From Alphaproteobacteria bacterium (GTDB lineage: Bacteria; Pseudomonadota; Alphaproteobacteria; GCA-2731375): 64,000 nt of DNA. The translations under genes and the position numbers were made by a program. This document shows positions 18,712 to 28,098 of this stretch, one piece after another. The notes under the pieces are model-generated. The model ran no database searches. It had not been told where the DNA came from and saw only the letters and a list, made by a program, of their open reading frames with translations. Within the stretch, counting starts at the first letter, position 1; each line of letters opens with the position of its first letter. The stretch spans positions 6,048,001 through 6,112,000 of the forward strand of contig CBDDPY010000002.1 of NCBI GenBank assembly GCA_965232515.1, read 5' to 3'.

Positions 18712-19815
18712 TTAATCAAGCGCCGCCATGACCCGGGTCAGCAGGCCGGCGATGGCGGCGTCCTGGATCCAGCGGGCGACCACGACCAGCCTGGACGGCG
18801 CGTGCAGCCAGACGATGCTATTGCCGGCGCCGACGGCGGAGACGCTGTCGGCCGGCACGCGCGCCCAGTTCGCCTGATCGGTGTTCAACCACCAGAGATA
18901 GCCGTAGATGGGGTTGGTCTCGGCCGGCGTCAACATCTCGTCGATCCAGGCCGGATCCAGGATCTGCCGGTCGCCCCAGCGGCCGCCGTCGGCGATCAGC
19001 AGGCCCATGCGCGCATGGTCGCGCGAGCCGATCCACATGCCGCCGCCCCAATGCGCGCCGCCGGAGACCGACTGCATGCGCCTGCCGTCGATCTCGACCC
19101 AGGAGTTGCGGTAGCCGTGCCATTCCCAGGCGTCGGACGCGCCGATCAGGTCCATGACGCGGTCCTTCAGGACCTCGGGCAGCGGCCGGCGGAAGACCTG
19201 CATCAGCGACAGGCTGAGCCGGTTCACGCGGACGTCGTTGTATTCCCAGTAGGTGCCCGGCGGTTGCAGATCGCGGTGCGTGCCCTTCTGGGCGTTGGAT
19301 TTGCCGGGGCCGACCTGGCGGTGACGGTCGACCTGGTCGGGCTTGTCCCAGAGCGTGCCTTCCCACTCGCTGGTCTGCTGCAGCAAGTGCCGCCAGGTGA
19401 TGGCGCCGTTGTGTTCGCTGTCGAAACCGTCATCGAGCGCATAGTCGCGGACCGGGTCGTCGACGCTGCGGATCAGGCCGTCGGCCACCGCAATGCCGGC
19501 CAGGATCGCGAGATAGCTCTTCGTGACCGAGAACGTCAGGTCAGTGCGGGCCGTATCGCCCCATTCGGCGACGATGCAGCCGTCGCGCAGGATCAGGCCG
19601 TTCGGTCCGCCGCGCGGCTTGGTGGGGCCGAGGATCTCGTTCCACGGCGCCGGCTCGAAGGCGCCCTTGGCGATCTGCTCGGCGAGGTCGCGCGACCATT
19701 CGGTCTCGTGGTCCTCGGCGAATTTAGTGGCCTCGGCCAGCCGGTTGGCGTCCATGCCGGCGGCGGCCGGCGTCATGCGTTCCCAATCGTTGCCGGGCGG
19801 CGGCACGTAGGTCAT
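18712..19815 (-). CDS. Serine hydrolase, beta-lactamase/NylB-like family
   Basis: FSVTKS (SxxK), PGTYWEYND, YGYLWWLN. Confidence 0.9.
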   Translation of the reverse strand: MTYVPPPGNDWERMTPAAAGMDANRLAEATKFAEDHETEWSRDLAEQIAKGAFEPAPWNEILGPTKPRGGPNGLILRDGCIVAEWGDTARTDLTFSVTKSYLAILAGIAVADGLIRSVDDPVRDYALDDGFDSEHNGAITWRHLLQQTSEWEGTLWDKPDQVDRHRQVGPGKSNAQKGTHRDLQPPGTYWEYNDVRVNRLSLSLMQVFRRPLPEVLKDRVMDLIGASDAWEWHGYRNSWVEIDGRRMQSVSGGAHWGGGMWIGSRDHARMGLLIADGGRWGDRQILDPAWIDEMLTPAETNPIYGYLWWLNTDQANWARVPADSVSAVGAGNSIVWLHAPSRLVVVARWIQDAAIAGLLTRVMAALD

Positions 19816-19824
19816 CGGACAATC

Positions 19825-20937
19825 CTATTCCGCGGCCCGGCGGTGCGCGAAGGCCTGGGGCCAGCGCGCGGGATGGCAGCGGGCGTATTGCGGCGCGTAT
19901 TCGGTATCGGCGCCCAACGCCTCGGCCGCGTGCCAGGCCCAACGCGGATTCCACATCATGCCGCGCGCCAGCATGACGAAATCGGCCTGACCTTCGGCGA
20001 TGATCTCGTTAGCCTGCTGCGGCTCGGTGATCATGCCGACCGCCATGGTGGTGATCTCGGCTTCGGCCTTGACCTTGGCGGCGAACGGCACCTGATAGCC
20101 CGGTCCGATCGGGATCTGCTGGCGTGGATCGAGGCCGCTGGTGGTGAGGTCCATGAAGTCACAGCCGAGCTTCTTCAGCTCCCGGGCGAACATCACCGTC
20201 TCCTCGGGCGTCCAGCCGCCGTCCACCCAGTCGGTCGCCGAGACGCGGACACCGAGCGGCTTGTCCGCCGGCCAGGCGGCGCGCACGGCGGCGAAGCATT
20301 CGAGCGGAAAGCGCATGCGGTTTTCCAGGCTGCCGCCGTAGTCGTCCTCGCGCCGGTTGCTGATCGGCGACAGGAACTGGTGCAGCAGGTAGCCGTGGCC
20401 CGCATGGAACTCGATCAGATCGAAGCCGATGCGGATGGCGCGTGTCGTGGCGTCGACGAACTGCTGCTTGACCTCGTCCAGACCGTCGCGGTCGAGCGCC
20501 TTGGGCGTGTGCCAGCCGTCTGCATACGGCAGCGCGGAGGGCGCCACGGTCTCCCAGGGGTCTTCGCCCGGACCCAGCGGCTTTCCCCCGGCGCCCGGCG
20601 GATGGGTCGATCCCTTGCGGCCGGCATGCGCCAACTGGATGCCCATGGCGGCGACGCCGTGGGTCTTGCAGAAGTCGATCACCCGCTTGAGCGTCGATTC
20701 ATTCTCGTCGGAATAGAGGCCGAGGCATTTGTGCGTGATCCGGCCAACGGGCGAGACGTGCGTCGCCTCGGTGATCACCAGGCCGGCGGCACCCATGGCG
20801 AACTGGCCGAGATGCATCAGGTGCCAGTCGTTGGCCGAGCCGTGTTCGCTGATGTACTGGCACATGGGCGAGACGACGACGCGGTTCGGCAGGCCGAGCC
20901 CGCGCATTTCGTAGGACGTGAACAACGGTACGCTCAT
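19825..20937 (-). CDS. NADH:flavin oxidoreductase (old yellow enzyme, YqjM/XenA-like)
   Basis: NRVVVSPMCQY, QLAHAGRK, HAGHGYLLHQFLSP; start at MSVPLF. Confidence 0.93.
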   Translation of the reverse strand: MSVPLFTSYEMRGLGLPNRVVVSPMCQYISEHGSANDWHLMHLGQFAMGAAGLVITEATHVSPVGRITHKCLGLYSDENESTLKRVIDFCKTHGVAAMGIQLAHAGRKGSTHPPGAGGKPLGPGEDPWETVAPSALPYADGWHTPKALDRDGLDEVKQQFVDATTRAIRIGFDLIEFHAGHGYLLHQFLSPISNRREDDYGGSLENRMRFPLECFAAVRAAWPADKPLGVRVSATDWVDGGWTPEETVMFARELKKLGCDFMDLTTSGLDPRQQIPIGPGYQVPFAAKVKAEAEITTMAVGMITEPQQANEIIAEGQADFVMLARGMMWNPRWAWHAAEALGADTEYAPQYARCHPARWPQAFAHRRAAE

Positions 20938-21024
20938 GGCGCGGATATCCCTGGTGCGGTTCGGGAAAACGGCGGAAGTGGCGATCTTATAGCAAACGGT
21001 AGACGCGGAAACCGATATCGCATG

Positions 21025-21120
21025 CTTCGAGACGCGGCTTCGCCGCTCCTCAGCATGAGGTAAGGTATTGATATCAATATATAACCTCATCCTGAGGAGG
21101 CCCGCAGGGCCGTCTCGAAG
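21025..21120. repeat. Inverted REP dimer, family A
   Basis: Arms 21025-21060 and 21085-21120; 24-nt AT-rich spacer with palindrome TATTGATATCAATA. Confidence 0.85.
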
Positions 21121-21137
21121 GATTGGCCATCATGTGC

Positions 21138-22133
21138 CTAGTCGCGGCCGGTGGTGAGCACCACCTTGCCGACGACCTGGCCCTGTTTGATGACGTCGAG
21201 GGCGTCGGCGAAGCGTTCGAGCGGGTAGGTCGCCATCACGTGCGGGCGGATCTTGCCCTGTTCGTAAAGGTCGAACATCTCGGCCTGGGCCCGCGCCACG
21301 GCCTCGGGCGTGCGCTCGCGGTAGTCGGACCAGTGGCAGCCGGTGGCGGTCAGGTTCTTGACCAGGAGATAGTTTGCCTTGACCTCGGGGATGCGGCCGG
21401 CGGCGAAGCCGATGATGACGATCCGGCCGGACCAGGCCAGCGCACGTAGCGCCGCGTCGAAGACGTCGCCGCCGACGGGATCGATGACGATGTCGGCGCC
21501 GTGGCCGTCCGTGGCCTCGCGGACCTGCCGGCGCAGGGAGTCGCGCAGATCGTCGGCGGCGAGGTCGATGATGTGGTCGGCGCCGGCCTGGCGCACGGCG
21601 TCCGCCTTGGCCGGGTTGGTGATGCCGGCGAGCGCGACGCCGCCGAGCGCCTTCACCAGACTGATGGCGGCGATGCCGACGCCGCCGCTGGCGCCGGTCA
21701 CCAGCACGCTCTCGCCCGGTTGGAAGCGGCCGCGCTCGATGAGCGCGAAGTGCGCGGTCTGGTAGGTCAGGCCCATGGCTGCGGCATCCACAAAGCTGAT
21801 GGACGGCGTCATGGGATAGGTGTGCGCCGCCGGCGCGACGATCTGCTCGGCATAGCCGCCGTATTCGAGCTGCGCGGTGACGCGGTCACCGGGCTTGAAG
21901 TTGTCGACGTCGCTCCCGACCGCGGCAATCACGCCGGCGACTTGCTTGCCCGGCGAGAACGGTGCCGGCGGCAGGATCTGGTAAGTGCCGCCGATCACCA
22001 GCAGATCCGGATAGTTCACGTCGATGGCGTGCACGTCGATCAGCACCTCCCGGGCGCCCGGTTCCGGCGTCGGCAGGTCCTTGATGACACAGCTTTCGGG
22101 CGGGCCGTGCCGCTCGACAACGACAGCGCGCAT
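21138..22133 (-). CDS. NADPH:quinone oxidoreductase family (Zn-independent MDR)
   Basis: VNYPD, GASGGVG, DPVGG, GKVVL; start at MRAVVV. Confidence 0.92.
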   Translation of the reverse strand: MRAVVVERHGPPESCVIKDLPTPEPGAREVLIDVHAIDVNYPDLLVIGGTYQILPPAPFSPGKQVAGVIAAVGSDVDNFKPGDRVTAQLEYGGYAEQIVAPAAHTYPMTPSISFVDAAAMGLTYQTAHFALIERGRFQPGESVLVTGASGGVGIAAISLVKALGGVALAGITNPAKADAVRQAGADHIIDLAADDLRDSLRRQVREATDGHGADIVIDPVGGDVFDAALRALAWSGRIVIIGFAAGRIPEVKANYLLVKNLTATGCHWSDYRERTPEAVARAQAEMFDLYEQGKIRPHVMATYPLERFADALDVIKQGQVVGKVVLTTGRD

Positions 22134-22138
22134 GCCGG

Positions 22139-23305
22139 CTAGCGCTCGATGAAGCTGCGGCCGATGAGCTGGCGGTGCACCTGGTTGGTGCCTTCCCAGA
22201 TCTGGCAGATCTTGGCGTCGCGCATCAGCCGCTCGACCCGGTAGTCCGCGCAGTAGCCATAGCCGCCGTGGAGCTGCACGGCGTCGGTGGCGATACGCAT
22301 GGCGAGGTCCGCCGCACGCATCTTCAGCATCGAGGCCTCGATGTTCACGTCTGTTTCGCCGCCGTCGATCATGCCGGCGACGCGCCAGAGCCAGCTTTCG
22401 CACATGGCGAGGTCCGTCGCCATGTCGGCGAGCATGAACTGGATGCCCTGGAACTCGATGATCGTACGGCCGGACTGCCGGCGCTCGTTGATATAGCCGA
22501 CGGCGTCCTCGAAGGCGGCGCGTGCAATGCCGAGCGCCTGGGCCGCGACGGACGGACGCGACTTGTTGAGCGCCGCGAAAAGGATCTTCAGGCCGTCGCC
22601 CGGCGCGCCGATCAGGTTCGCGCGCGGCACCCGGCAATTGTCGAATGAGAGCGCGGCGGTCGACGAGGCGCGCACGCCCATCTTTTCCTCTTTGCGCAGC
22701 ACATTCAGGCCCTCGGTGCCTTTCTCCATGGCCAGCACCGAGATCGCGCCGCGGTCGTCGTCGATCTCGGACCACTTGCCGAAGACCAGCAAAACGTCGG
22801 CGACGTCGCCGTTGGTGATGAAGGTCTTGCCGCCCGTAACGACGATCCCGTCGCCATCGGGGGTGAACTTGGTCTTCATGCCGGTGGCGTCCGAGCCGGC
22901 GGACGGCTCGGTGATGCAGAGCGAGGCGAGGCCGCCCTCGGCGATGACGGGCAGCAGGCGCCGCTTCTGTTCCTCGCTGCCGAAGTCGATCACCGGCTTG
23001 ATGCCGTGAAACGTCGTCGACCAGATGATGCCGGTTGCTGCGCAGGCCTTGGAGATCTCGCGCACGCATTCGAGATAGACGGCGTAGGACAGGCCGACGC
23101 CGCCATAGTCCTCGGGGATGAACAGGCTGTTCAGCGCCAGTTCGTTAATGTCGTTGACATTGTCCCAGGGGAATTCGGCCGAGCGATCGTAGGCCTCGGC
23201 CCGGGGCGCGATCCGGTCCCGGCACATCGCCCGCACGGCGTCCAGCAGCAGACTTTCCTCGTCATCGAACGGCGGCGAGGCGTCGAGGCGGTGAAACACT
23301 TTCAT
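22139..23305 (-). CDS. Acyl-CoA dehydrogenase
   Basis: ITEPSAGSDA, KTFITNG, QLHGGYGY, IWEGT. Confidence 0.94.
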   Translation of the reverse strand: MKVFHRLDASPPFDDEESLLLDAVRAMCRDRIAPRAEAYDRSAEFPWDNVNDINELALNSLFIPEDYGGVGLSYAVYLECVREISKACAATGIIWSTTFHGIKPVIDFGSEEQKRRLLPVIAEGGLASLCITEPSAGSDATGMKTKFTPDGDGIVVTGGKTFITNGDVADVLLVFGKWSEIDDDRGAISVLAMEKGTEGLNVLRKEEKMGVRASSTAALSFDNCRVPRANLIGAPGDGLKILFAALNKSRPSVAAQALGIARAAFEDAVGYINERRQSGRTIIEFQGIQFMLADMATDLAMCESWLWRVAGMIDGGETDVNIEASMLKMRAADLAMRIATDAVQLHGGYGYCADYRVERLMRDAKICQIWEGTNQVHRQLIGRSFIER

Positions 23306-23315
23306 GTACGGCTCC

Positions 23316-24062
23316 TCAGTGCGCGATGCCCTGTCCGCCATCGATATAGATCGTTTCGCCGGTCAGGAACGGCAGATCTTCCGACAACAGCATGGCGATC
23401 AGGCGGGCGATCTCTTCCGGTTCGCAGGGGCCGCCGGTCGGAATGCGCTGTTCCAGAAACGTCCGCATCTTGTCCTGCGCCAGATGTTCCTTGTTCAGGT
23501 CGGTGGCGACGAAGCCGGGCGCGACGCAGAGCACGCGGATGCGTTTTTTCGCCCATTCGACGGCGAGGCTACGGGTGAGGGCGTCGATCGCCGCCTTGGA
23601 GGCCGTGTAGGCGAGCGCGGACTTGGTGCCGAGCTTGCCGAAAAACGAGCCCAGGTTGACGATGGTGCCGCCGCCGGCGGCAACTAGGTGCGGGTAGGCC
23701 TCGCGGCACATGACGAACGGGCCGGTGACGTTCGTCGCCAGCACGCGCTCGAAGTCGGCGGTGGCGACCTCGTGGCTCCGGCCCTCGAGGTAGAGGCCGG
23801 CATTGTTGACGAGGCCGTCGATGCGGCCGGCCTTGTCGGCGAGCGTTTGCAGCGCGGTTCTGACCTGGGTCTCGTCGGTGACGTCGCAAGCAATGTCGAT
23901 GCAGCGCGCCGCCAGCGCCGACGGCAGGGTCTTGTTTTCCGGCCCGACGCCCTTGCGGCTGAAGCAGCCGACCGTGAAGCCGCGCCGCGCCAGTTCCACG
24001 ACGATGCACGAGCCGATGCCCCGGCTGGCGCCGGTGACGGCGATGACGGCTTCCTCGGCCAC
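23316..24062 (-). CDS. SDR family oxidoreductase
   Basis: TGASRGIG, VNNAG, YTASK. Confidence 0.93.
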   Translation of the reverse strand: MAEEAVIAVTGASRGIGSCIVVELARRGFTVGCFSRKGVGPENKTLPSALAARCIDIACDVTDETQVRTALQTLADKAGRIDGLVNNAGLYLEGRSHEVATADFERVLATNVTGPFVMCREAYPHLVAAGGGTIVNLGSFFGKLGTKSALAYTASKAAIDALTRSLAVEWAKKRIRVLCVAPGFVATDLNKEHLAQDKMRTFLEQRIPTGGPCEPEEIARLIAMLLSEDLPFLTGETIYIDGGQGIAH

Positions 24063-24063
24063 C

Positions 24064-24831
24064 TCAGCGGTCCTTGAACGCGGGCTTGCGCTTCTCCAGG
24101 AAGGCCGACGTGCCTTCCATGGCGTCCTCGGTGCGGAACGACAGCGTGTTGAGGTCGGCCTCGACGCGCAGGCCTTCGGTCAGCGTCGTTGTCGCGGCGC
24201 GCTGCACGGCCTCGCGGGCGAGGCGCAGCGCCGGCAGGCCGAAGCCCGAGAATTCGCGCGCGTAGGCGATGCCGGCCTGCACCGGATCGCCCTCGACGAC
24301 GCGGTTGATCAGGCCGATCTGCAGGGCTTCCTCGGTATCGACCATGCGGCCGGTCATGACCATGTCCAGGGCCCGGCCTTCGCCGACGAGACGCGGCAGG
24401 CGCTGGGTGCCGCCATAACCCGGGATCAGGCCGAGCTTGATCTCCGGCAGCCCGAGCCTGGCGTTGGGCGTGGCGATGCGGAAGGTGCAGGCGAGCGCCA
24501 GCTCGAGACCGCCGCCCAGCGCATAGCCGTTGATCACGGCGACGGACGGGATCGCCAGGCGGTCGAGCTTGGCAAACGTTGCCTGGCCACGCTCGGCGCC
24601 GGCCTTCTCCTCGATGATGGTGCGGCCCATCAGCTCGCTGATATCGGCGCCGGCGCAGAACGCCTTTTCGCCGGCGCCGGTGAACAGCAGCGCGCGGGCG
24701 TCGCTTGCCTCGGCCTCGTCGATGGCGGCGCCGATCTCGCGCACAATCTCGAAGCTGAGCGCGTTCAGCGCTTCCGGCCGGTTCAGCGTGATGAGGGCGA
24801 ATTCCTCGACGCGGGTCAGTTCGACGGGCAC
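24064..24831 (-). CDS. Enoyl-CoA hydratase (crotonase)
   Basis: FCAGADI, GGGLELAL, PEIKLGLIPGYGGTQRL with both catalytic Glu. Confidence 0.93.
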   Translation of the reverse strand: MPVELTRVEEFALITLNRPEALNALSFEIVREIGAAIDEAEASDARALLFTGAGEKAFCAGADISELMGRTIIEEKAGAERGQATFAKLDRLAIPSVAVINGYALGGGLELALACTFRIATPNARLGLPEIKLGLIPGYGGTQRLPRLVGEGRALDMVMTGRMVDTEEALQIGLINRVVEGDPVQAGIAYAREFSGFGLPALRLAREAVQRAATTTLTEGLRVEADLNTLSFRTEDAMEGTSAFLEKRKPAFKDR

Positions 24832-24847
24832 GGGTGTCTCCTTAGCA

Positions 24848-26509
24848 TCAGGCCTGCTTGGCGGGGTCGACGAAGCGCACCGGTTCCGGCGCGATGCGGC
24901 CGGACCGGGCCCAGTCGGCGAGCTCGCGCTTCAGGATCTTGCCGCTGGCTGTGAGCGGAAATTCGGGCAGGGCGATGAAGTATTCCGGCATATCGTATTT
25001 CGACAGGCCGGCCGCGAACAGGTGCCGCAGCACGTCGTCGGCCGCCGGCGCCGCCGGCGTATTGGCGATGATGGCGAGGCAGACCCGCTCGCCCAGCCGC
25101 TCGTCCGCCACGGCGAACGCGGCCGACTTGTCGATCTGAGGATGCGTCACGGCCAGGTCCTCGATGCGCGCCGGGTGGATGTTGTGGCCGCCACGGATGA
25201 TCAGGTCTTTCAGCCGTCCGACGATCTGCAGGCAGCCGTTCTCGTCGATACGGCCGAGATCGCCGCTCATGAACCATCCGCCGCGGTTAAAGGACTGCTC
25301 GGTGGCCGTCTGATTGTCGAAATAGCCCAGCATCAGGCAGGCCCCACGGCCGCCGATCTGGCCGACCTCGCCCGGCGGCAGTTCGACGTCGGGATCGGCC
25401 TGATCGAAGATCCGCACCTTGTAGTGACGGCCCGAGCGGCCGCAGGTGTTGACGATGGTCGCGGCGTCGTCGCTCGGCAGCGTGTACTGGTGCGAGGAGT
25501 TCTCGGTCATGCCATAGATGTTCTGCGGCGTGATGCCCTGGCGCAGGAACGCTTCCGCCGTGCTGGGCGGGATCGGCGCGCCGGCCATGTAGAAGATCTT
25601 GCATTCGCCGATGCGGTCTAGGCCGCGCGCGGACTGCTCGGCCAGCACGTCCATGGCGTGCGTCGGCACGCCCATAACATAGGTCGCGCCGGTCTCGATG
25701 ATCCAGTCGATCGGCTTCATGCCGGCCGGTGGATCGTTGACCACCAGCTCGCAGCCCGCGACCAGCCACTGGCCGACCGCGACCCAGGCGATATGGTGGC
25801 TGAGCGGGCTCAGGCTCAACAGCACGGTTTCGTGGTCGTGCCCCCAGTCTTCGACCATGGCGCGCGGATTGGCCAGCAGCGTGTTGTCGGAATGCATCAC
25901 GCCCTTGGGTAGGCCGGTGGTGCCGGAGGTGAAGGCGAGGTAGCAGACCTTGTCGGGATTGGCATCTACGGCCGCGTGAGGGGTGGCGGCGGTGTCCCCG
26001 TTCGGGAAATTTGCGCCGGCGTCACGTTCGCTCGGCAGTCGGAACACGCGGCGCATGGCGGGCAGACCGTCGGCCGGACCGAAGATGTCGCGGCTGCGGC
26101 CGTCGGCGCCATGACCGTCCTCGGCGATGAACGCCGTCGCGCCGATGCGGTCCAGCAGGCCGAGGATCTCGTCGACGGTGTAGTTCACGTGCAGCGATGG
26201 GTTGCAGACATAGCCGTTGCGGGCGCAGGCGAGGAAGGCGATCACCGCCTCGGCCCGGTTCGACAGCCAGATCGAAACCCTCTCGCCCTTGTCGACGCCG
26301 GCCGTGTGCAGCTCGGCGGCGACGGCGTCGGTCCAGCGTTTCACTTGTCCCCAGGTCAGCCGGCGCTCGCGGTCGTGCAGCGCCAGGGCGTTGGGCCGGG
26401 CTGCGGCCTGATCCGCCATGAGCGTATAGAACGTGTCGTCCCGCCAGAGACCGGCGTCGTAGTAGGCGCGGGCGGTCGCCGGATCGTGCGTCGTCAGCAG
26501 CGGCTTCAT
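24848..26509 (-). CDS. Acyl-CoA synthetase (AliA/cyclohexanecarboxylate-CoA ligase-like)
   Basis: FTSGTTGLPKGVMHS, YGMTE, GRLKDLIIRGG, SGKILK. Confidence 0.9.
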   Translation of the reverse strand: MKPLLTTHDPATARAYYDAGLWRDDTFYTLMADQAAARPNALALHDRERRLTWGQVKRWTDAVAAELHTAGVDKGERVSIWLSNRAEAVIAFLACARNGYVCNPSLHVNYTVDEILGLLDRIGATAFIAEDGHGADGRSRDIFGPADGLPAMRRVFRLPSERDAGANFPNGDTAATPHAAVDANPDKVCYLAFTSGTTGLPKGVMHSDNTLLANPRAMVEDWGHDHETVLLSLSPLSHHIAWVAVGQWLVAGCELVVNDPPAGMKPIDWIIETGATYVMGVPTHAMDVLAEQSARGLDRIGECKIFYMAGAPIPPSTAEAFLRQGITPQNIYGMTENSSHQYTLPSDDAATIVNTCGRSGRHYKVRIFDQADPDVELPPGEVGQIGGRGACLMLGYFDNQTATEQSFNRGGWFMSGDLGRIDENGCLQIVGRLKDLIIRGGHNIHPARIEDLAVTHPQIDKSAAFAVADERLGERVCLAIIANTPAAPAADDVLRHLFAAGLSKYDMPEYFIALPEFPLTASGKILKRELADWARSGRIAPEPVRFVDPAKQA

Positions 26510-26524
26510 TGGTACCGGCGGGAT

Positions 26525-27304
26525 CTAGTGGCCGAAGGACGAAGGGTCCGGCTTGCGTCGTTCGCCGAAGGCCTCGCGCAATTCCTTCGATTCGTCGCTG
26601 TCGAGATAGGTGCGGAGCAGCATGTCGTGCGTCACGCGCGAGAGGCCGCCGACGCCGCCGTGGCGGGCGTTGAAGGCGCCCTTGATGGCGGCGAGCGCGA
26701 ACGAACCGCGCTCGGCGATCTCGAGCGCCCAGGTCCGGGTTTCCTCGGCCAGCTTGTCGTCCGGCACCACGCGGTTGATCAGGCCGATGCGCTCGGCCTC
26801 GGCGGCGGGCAGGCGCGGATTGCCGTACCACATCTCCTTGGCCTTCTTCTTGCCGATCAGGTCTTCGAGATACCAGGTGCCGTAGCCGGCATCGAAGCTG
26901 CCCATCATCGGCCCGACCTGGCGGAACACGGCGCTTTCCTTGGCGATGGTCAGGTCGCAGACGACCTGCAGCACGTTGCCGCCGCCGACGGCGAAGCCGT
27001 TAACCGACGCGATCACCGGTTTCTGCAGCTTGTCGATGGCCTCGTACATCTCCAGCGTCGGCAGCACGCCGGCATACATCAGCGTGTCGTCCAGGCCCTC
27101 CTTGCGGCCGCCTATGCAGAAGAAGCGGTCGCCGGCGCCGGTCAGCACGACGACTCGGGTGCGCGTCTCCTGCCGGATCGCCTCGATGCAGTCGCGGATC
27201 TCCAGGCACATCTTGGCCGTGAACATGTTGCCGTCGTCGGGCCGGTTCAGCGTGATGGTGCCGATGGGGCCGTCTTCTTCGTAAAGGATCTGCTCGTAGC
27301 TCAC
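26525..27304 (-). CDS. BadI/MenB-like crotonase (putative ring-cleaving beta-ketoacyl-CoA hydrolase)
   Basis: GGGNVLQVVCDLTI, QVGPMMGSFDAGYG, EAFGERRKP. Confidence 0.85.
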   Translation of the reverse strand: MSYEQILYEEDGPIGTITLNRPDDGNMFTAKMCLEIRDCIEAIRQETRTRVVVLTGAGDRFFCIGGRKEGLDDTLMYAGVLPTLEMYEAIDKLQKPVIASVNGFAVGGGNVLQVVCDLTIAKESAVFRQVGPMMGSFDAGYGTWYLEDLIGKKKAKEMWYGNPRLPAAEAERIGLINRVVPDDKLAEETRTWALEIAERGSFALAAIKGAFNARHGGVGGLSRVTHDMLLRTYLDSDESKELREAFGERRKPDPSSFGH

Positions 27305-27355
27305 CGGAAAGGCACTCCCGTCGGAAATAGGATCTGACCCAAAGCTAACATGGCC

Positions 27356-28033
27356 TTAGTCGGTCAGGGTGTACATCAGGCGATAGAGGCCCGACCGGGC
27401 ACCCGGCGCCGCGCCGCGCGACCGCAGCTTCGCCACGCCCAAGTGCTTGGCGCAGGCCGCGCGCACCTGCTTGGCATCCGTGCCCTCGACCAGCACCACC
27501 CAGTCGACGAGGTTGTCGGCGCCGCCGCGCAGCTCGCGCTGCTCGGTGGTGCCGCCGCCGGTCGCCGCCAGGTCGGCGATCCAGAACTGGCCGCCGACGA
27601 TGCCGCGCTCCTTCGCCACCGCCGGCAGAGCTGTTTTGGCGAGCCAGGTCTCGAGCTCGCGCCGGCGTCCGTCGGCCGGCGACAGCCGGATCGTCGCGGC
27701 GAACGCGCCCCGGCCCCGGCTTTCCCGGTGCCGCAACCGGCAGACCGTGCGCGTGACGTCGCGCATCTTCGGCATGACCTTGCGGGTCCAGTCGGTGGGG
27801 TTGTTCAGCCGGCGCTTATAGGCGCGGGACTGAAACGTGCCAACCTCGTCGGCCTCGTAGAAGGTGAAGTATCTCGGCTTGCCGCCGACGGACTGATAGC
27901 GGGCGCCGCTGCGAAAGCCGGGCACGTCGACCCGCTCGAGCAGATGCTGGCGGTTGTACCACTCGTTGAAGTCGTTCTCGGCCCTGGGCACGATATCCGT
28001 CCAGAAGGCCATGATCCCTTTTGCCATCGGCAT
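27356..28033 (-). CDS. DUF4286/EthD-like dimeric alpha-beta barrel protein
   Basis: DFNEWYNRQHLLERVDVPGF..RY, YFTFYE. Confidence 0.75.
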   Translation of the reverse strand: MPMAKGIMAFWTDIVPRAENDFNEWYNRQHLLERVDVPGFRSGARYQSVGGKPRYFTFYEADEVGTFQSRAYKRRLNNPTDWTRKVMPKMRDVTRTVCRLRHRESRGRGAFAATIRLSPADGRRRELETWLAKTALPAVAKERGIVGGQFWIADLAATGGGTTEQRELRGGADNLVDWVVLVEGTDAKQVRAACAKHLGVAKLRSRGAAPGARSGLYRLMYTLTD

Positions 28034-28098
28034 TCCCTCCCACTGTCCCGCGCGCGTTGGCGCGGCGGGAGATGGTAGGAGATCGGACGCCGGGAAAT

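Noticed and set aside
20938-21090. N-terminal extension of the flavin oxidoreductase in the ORF track
   Set aside because: Reads through the REP dimer; family similarity begins at MSVPLF (20937)
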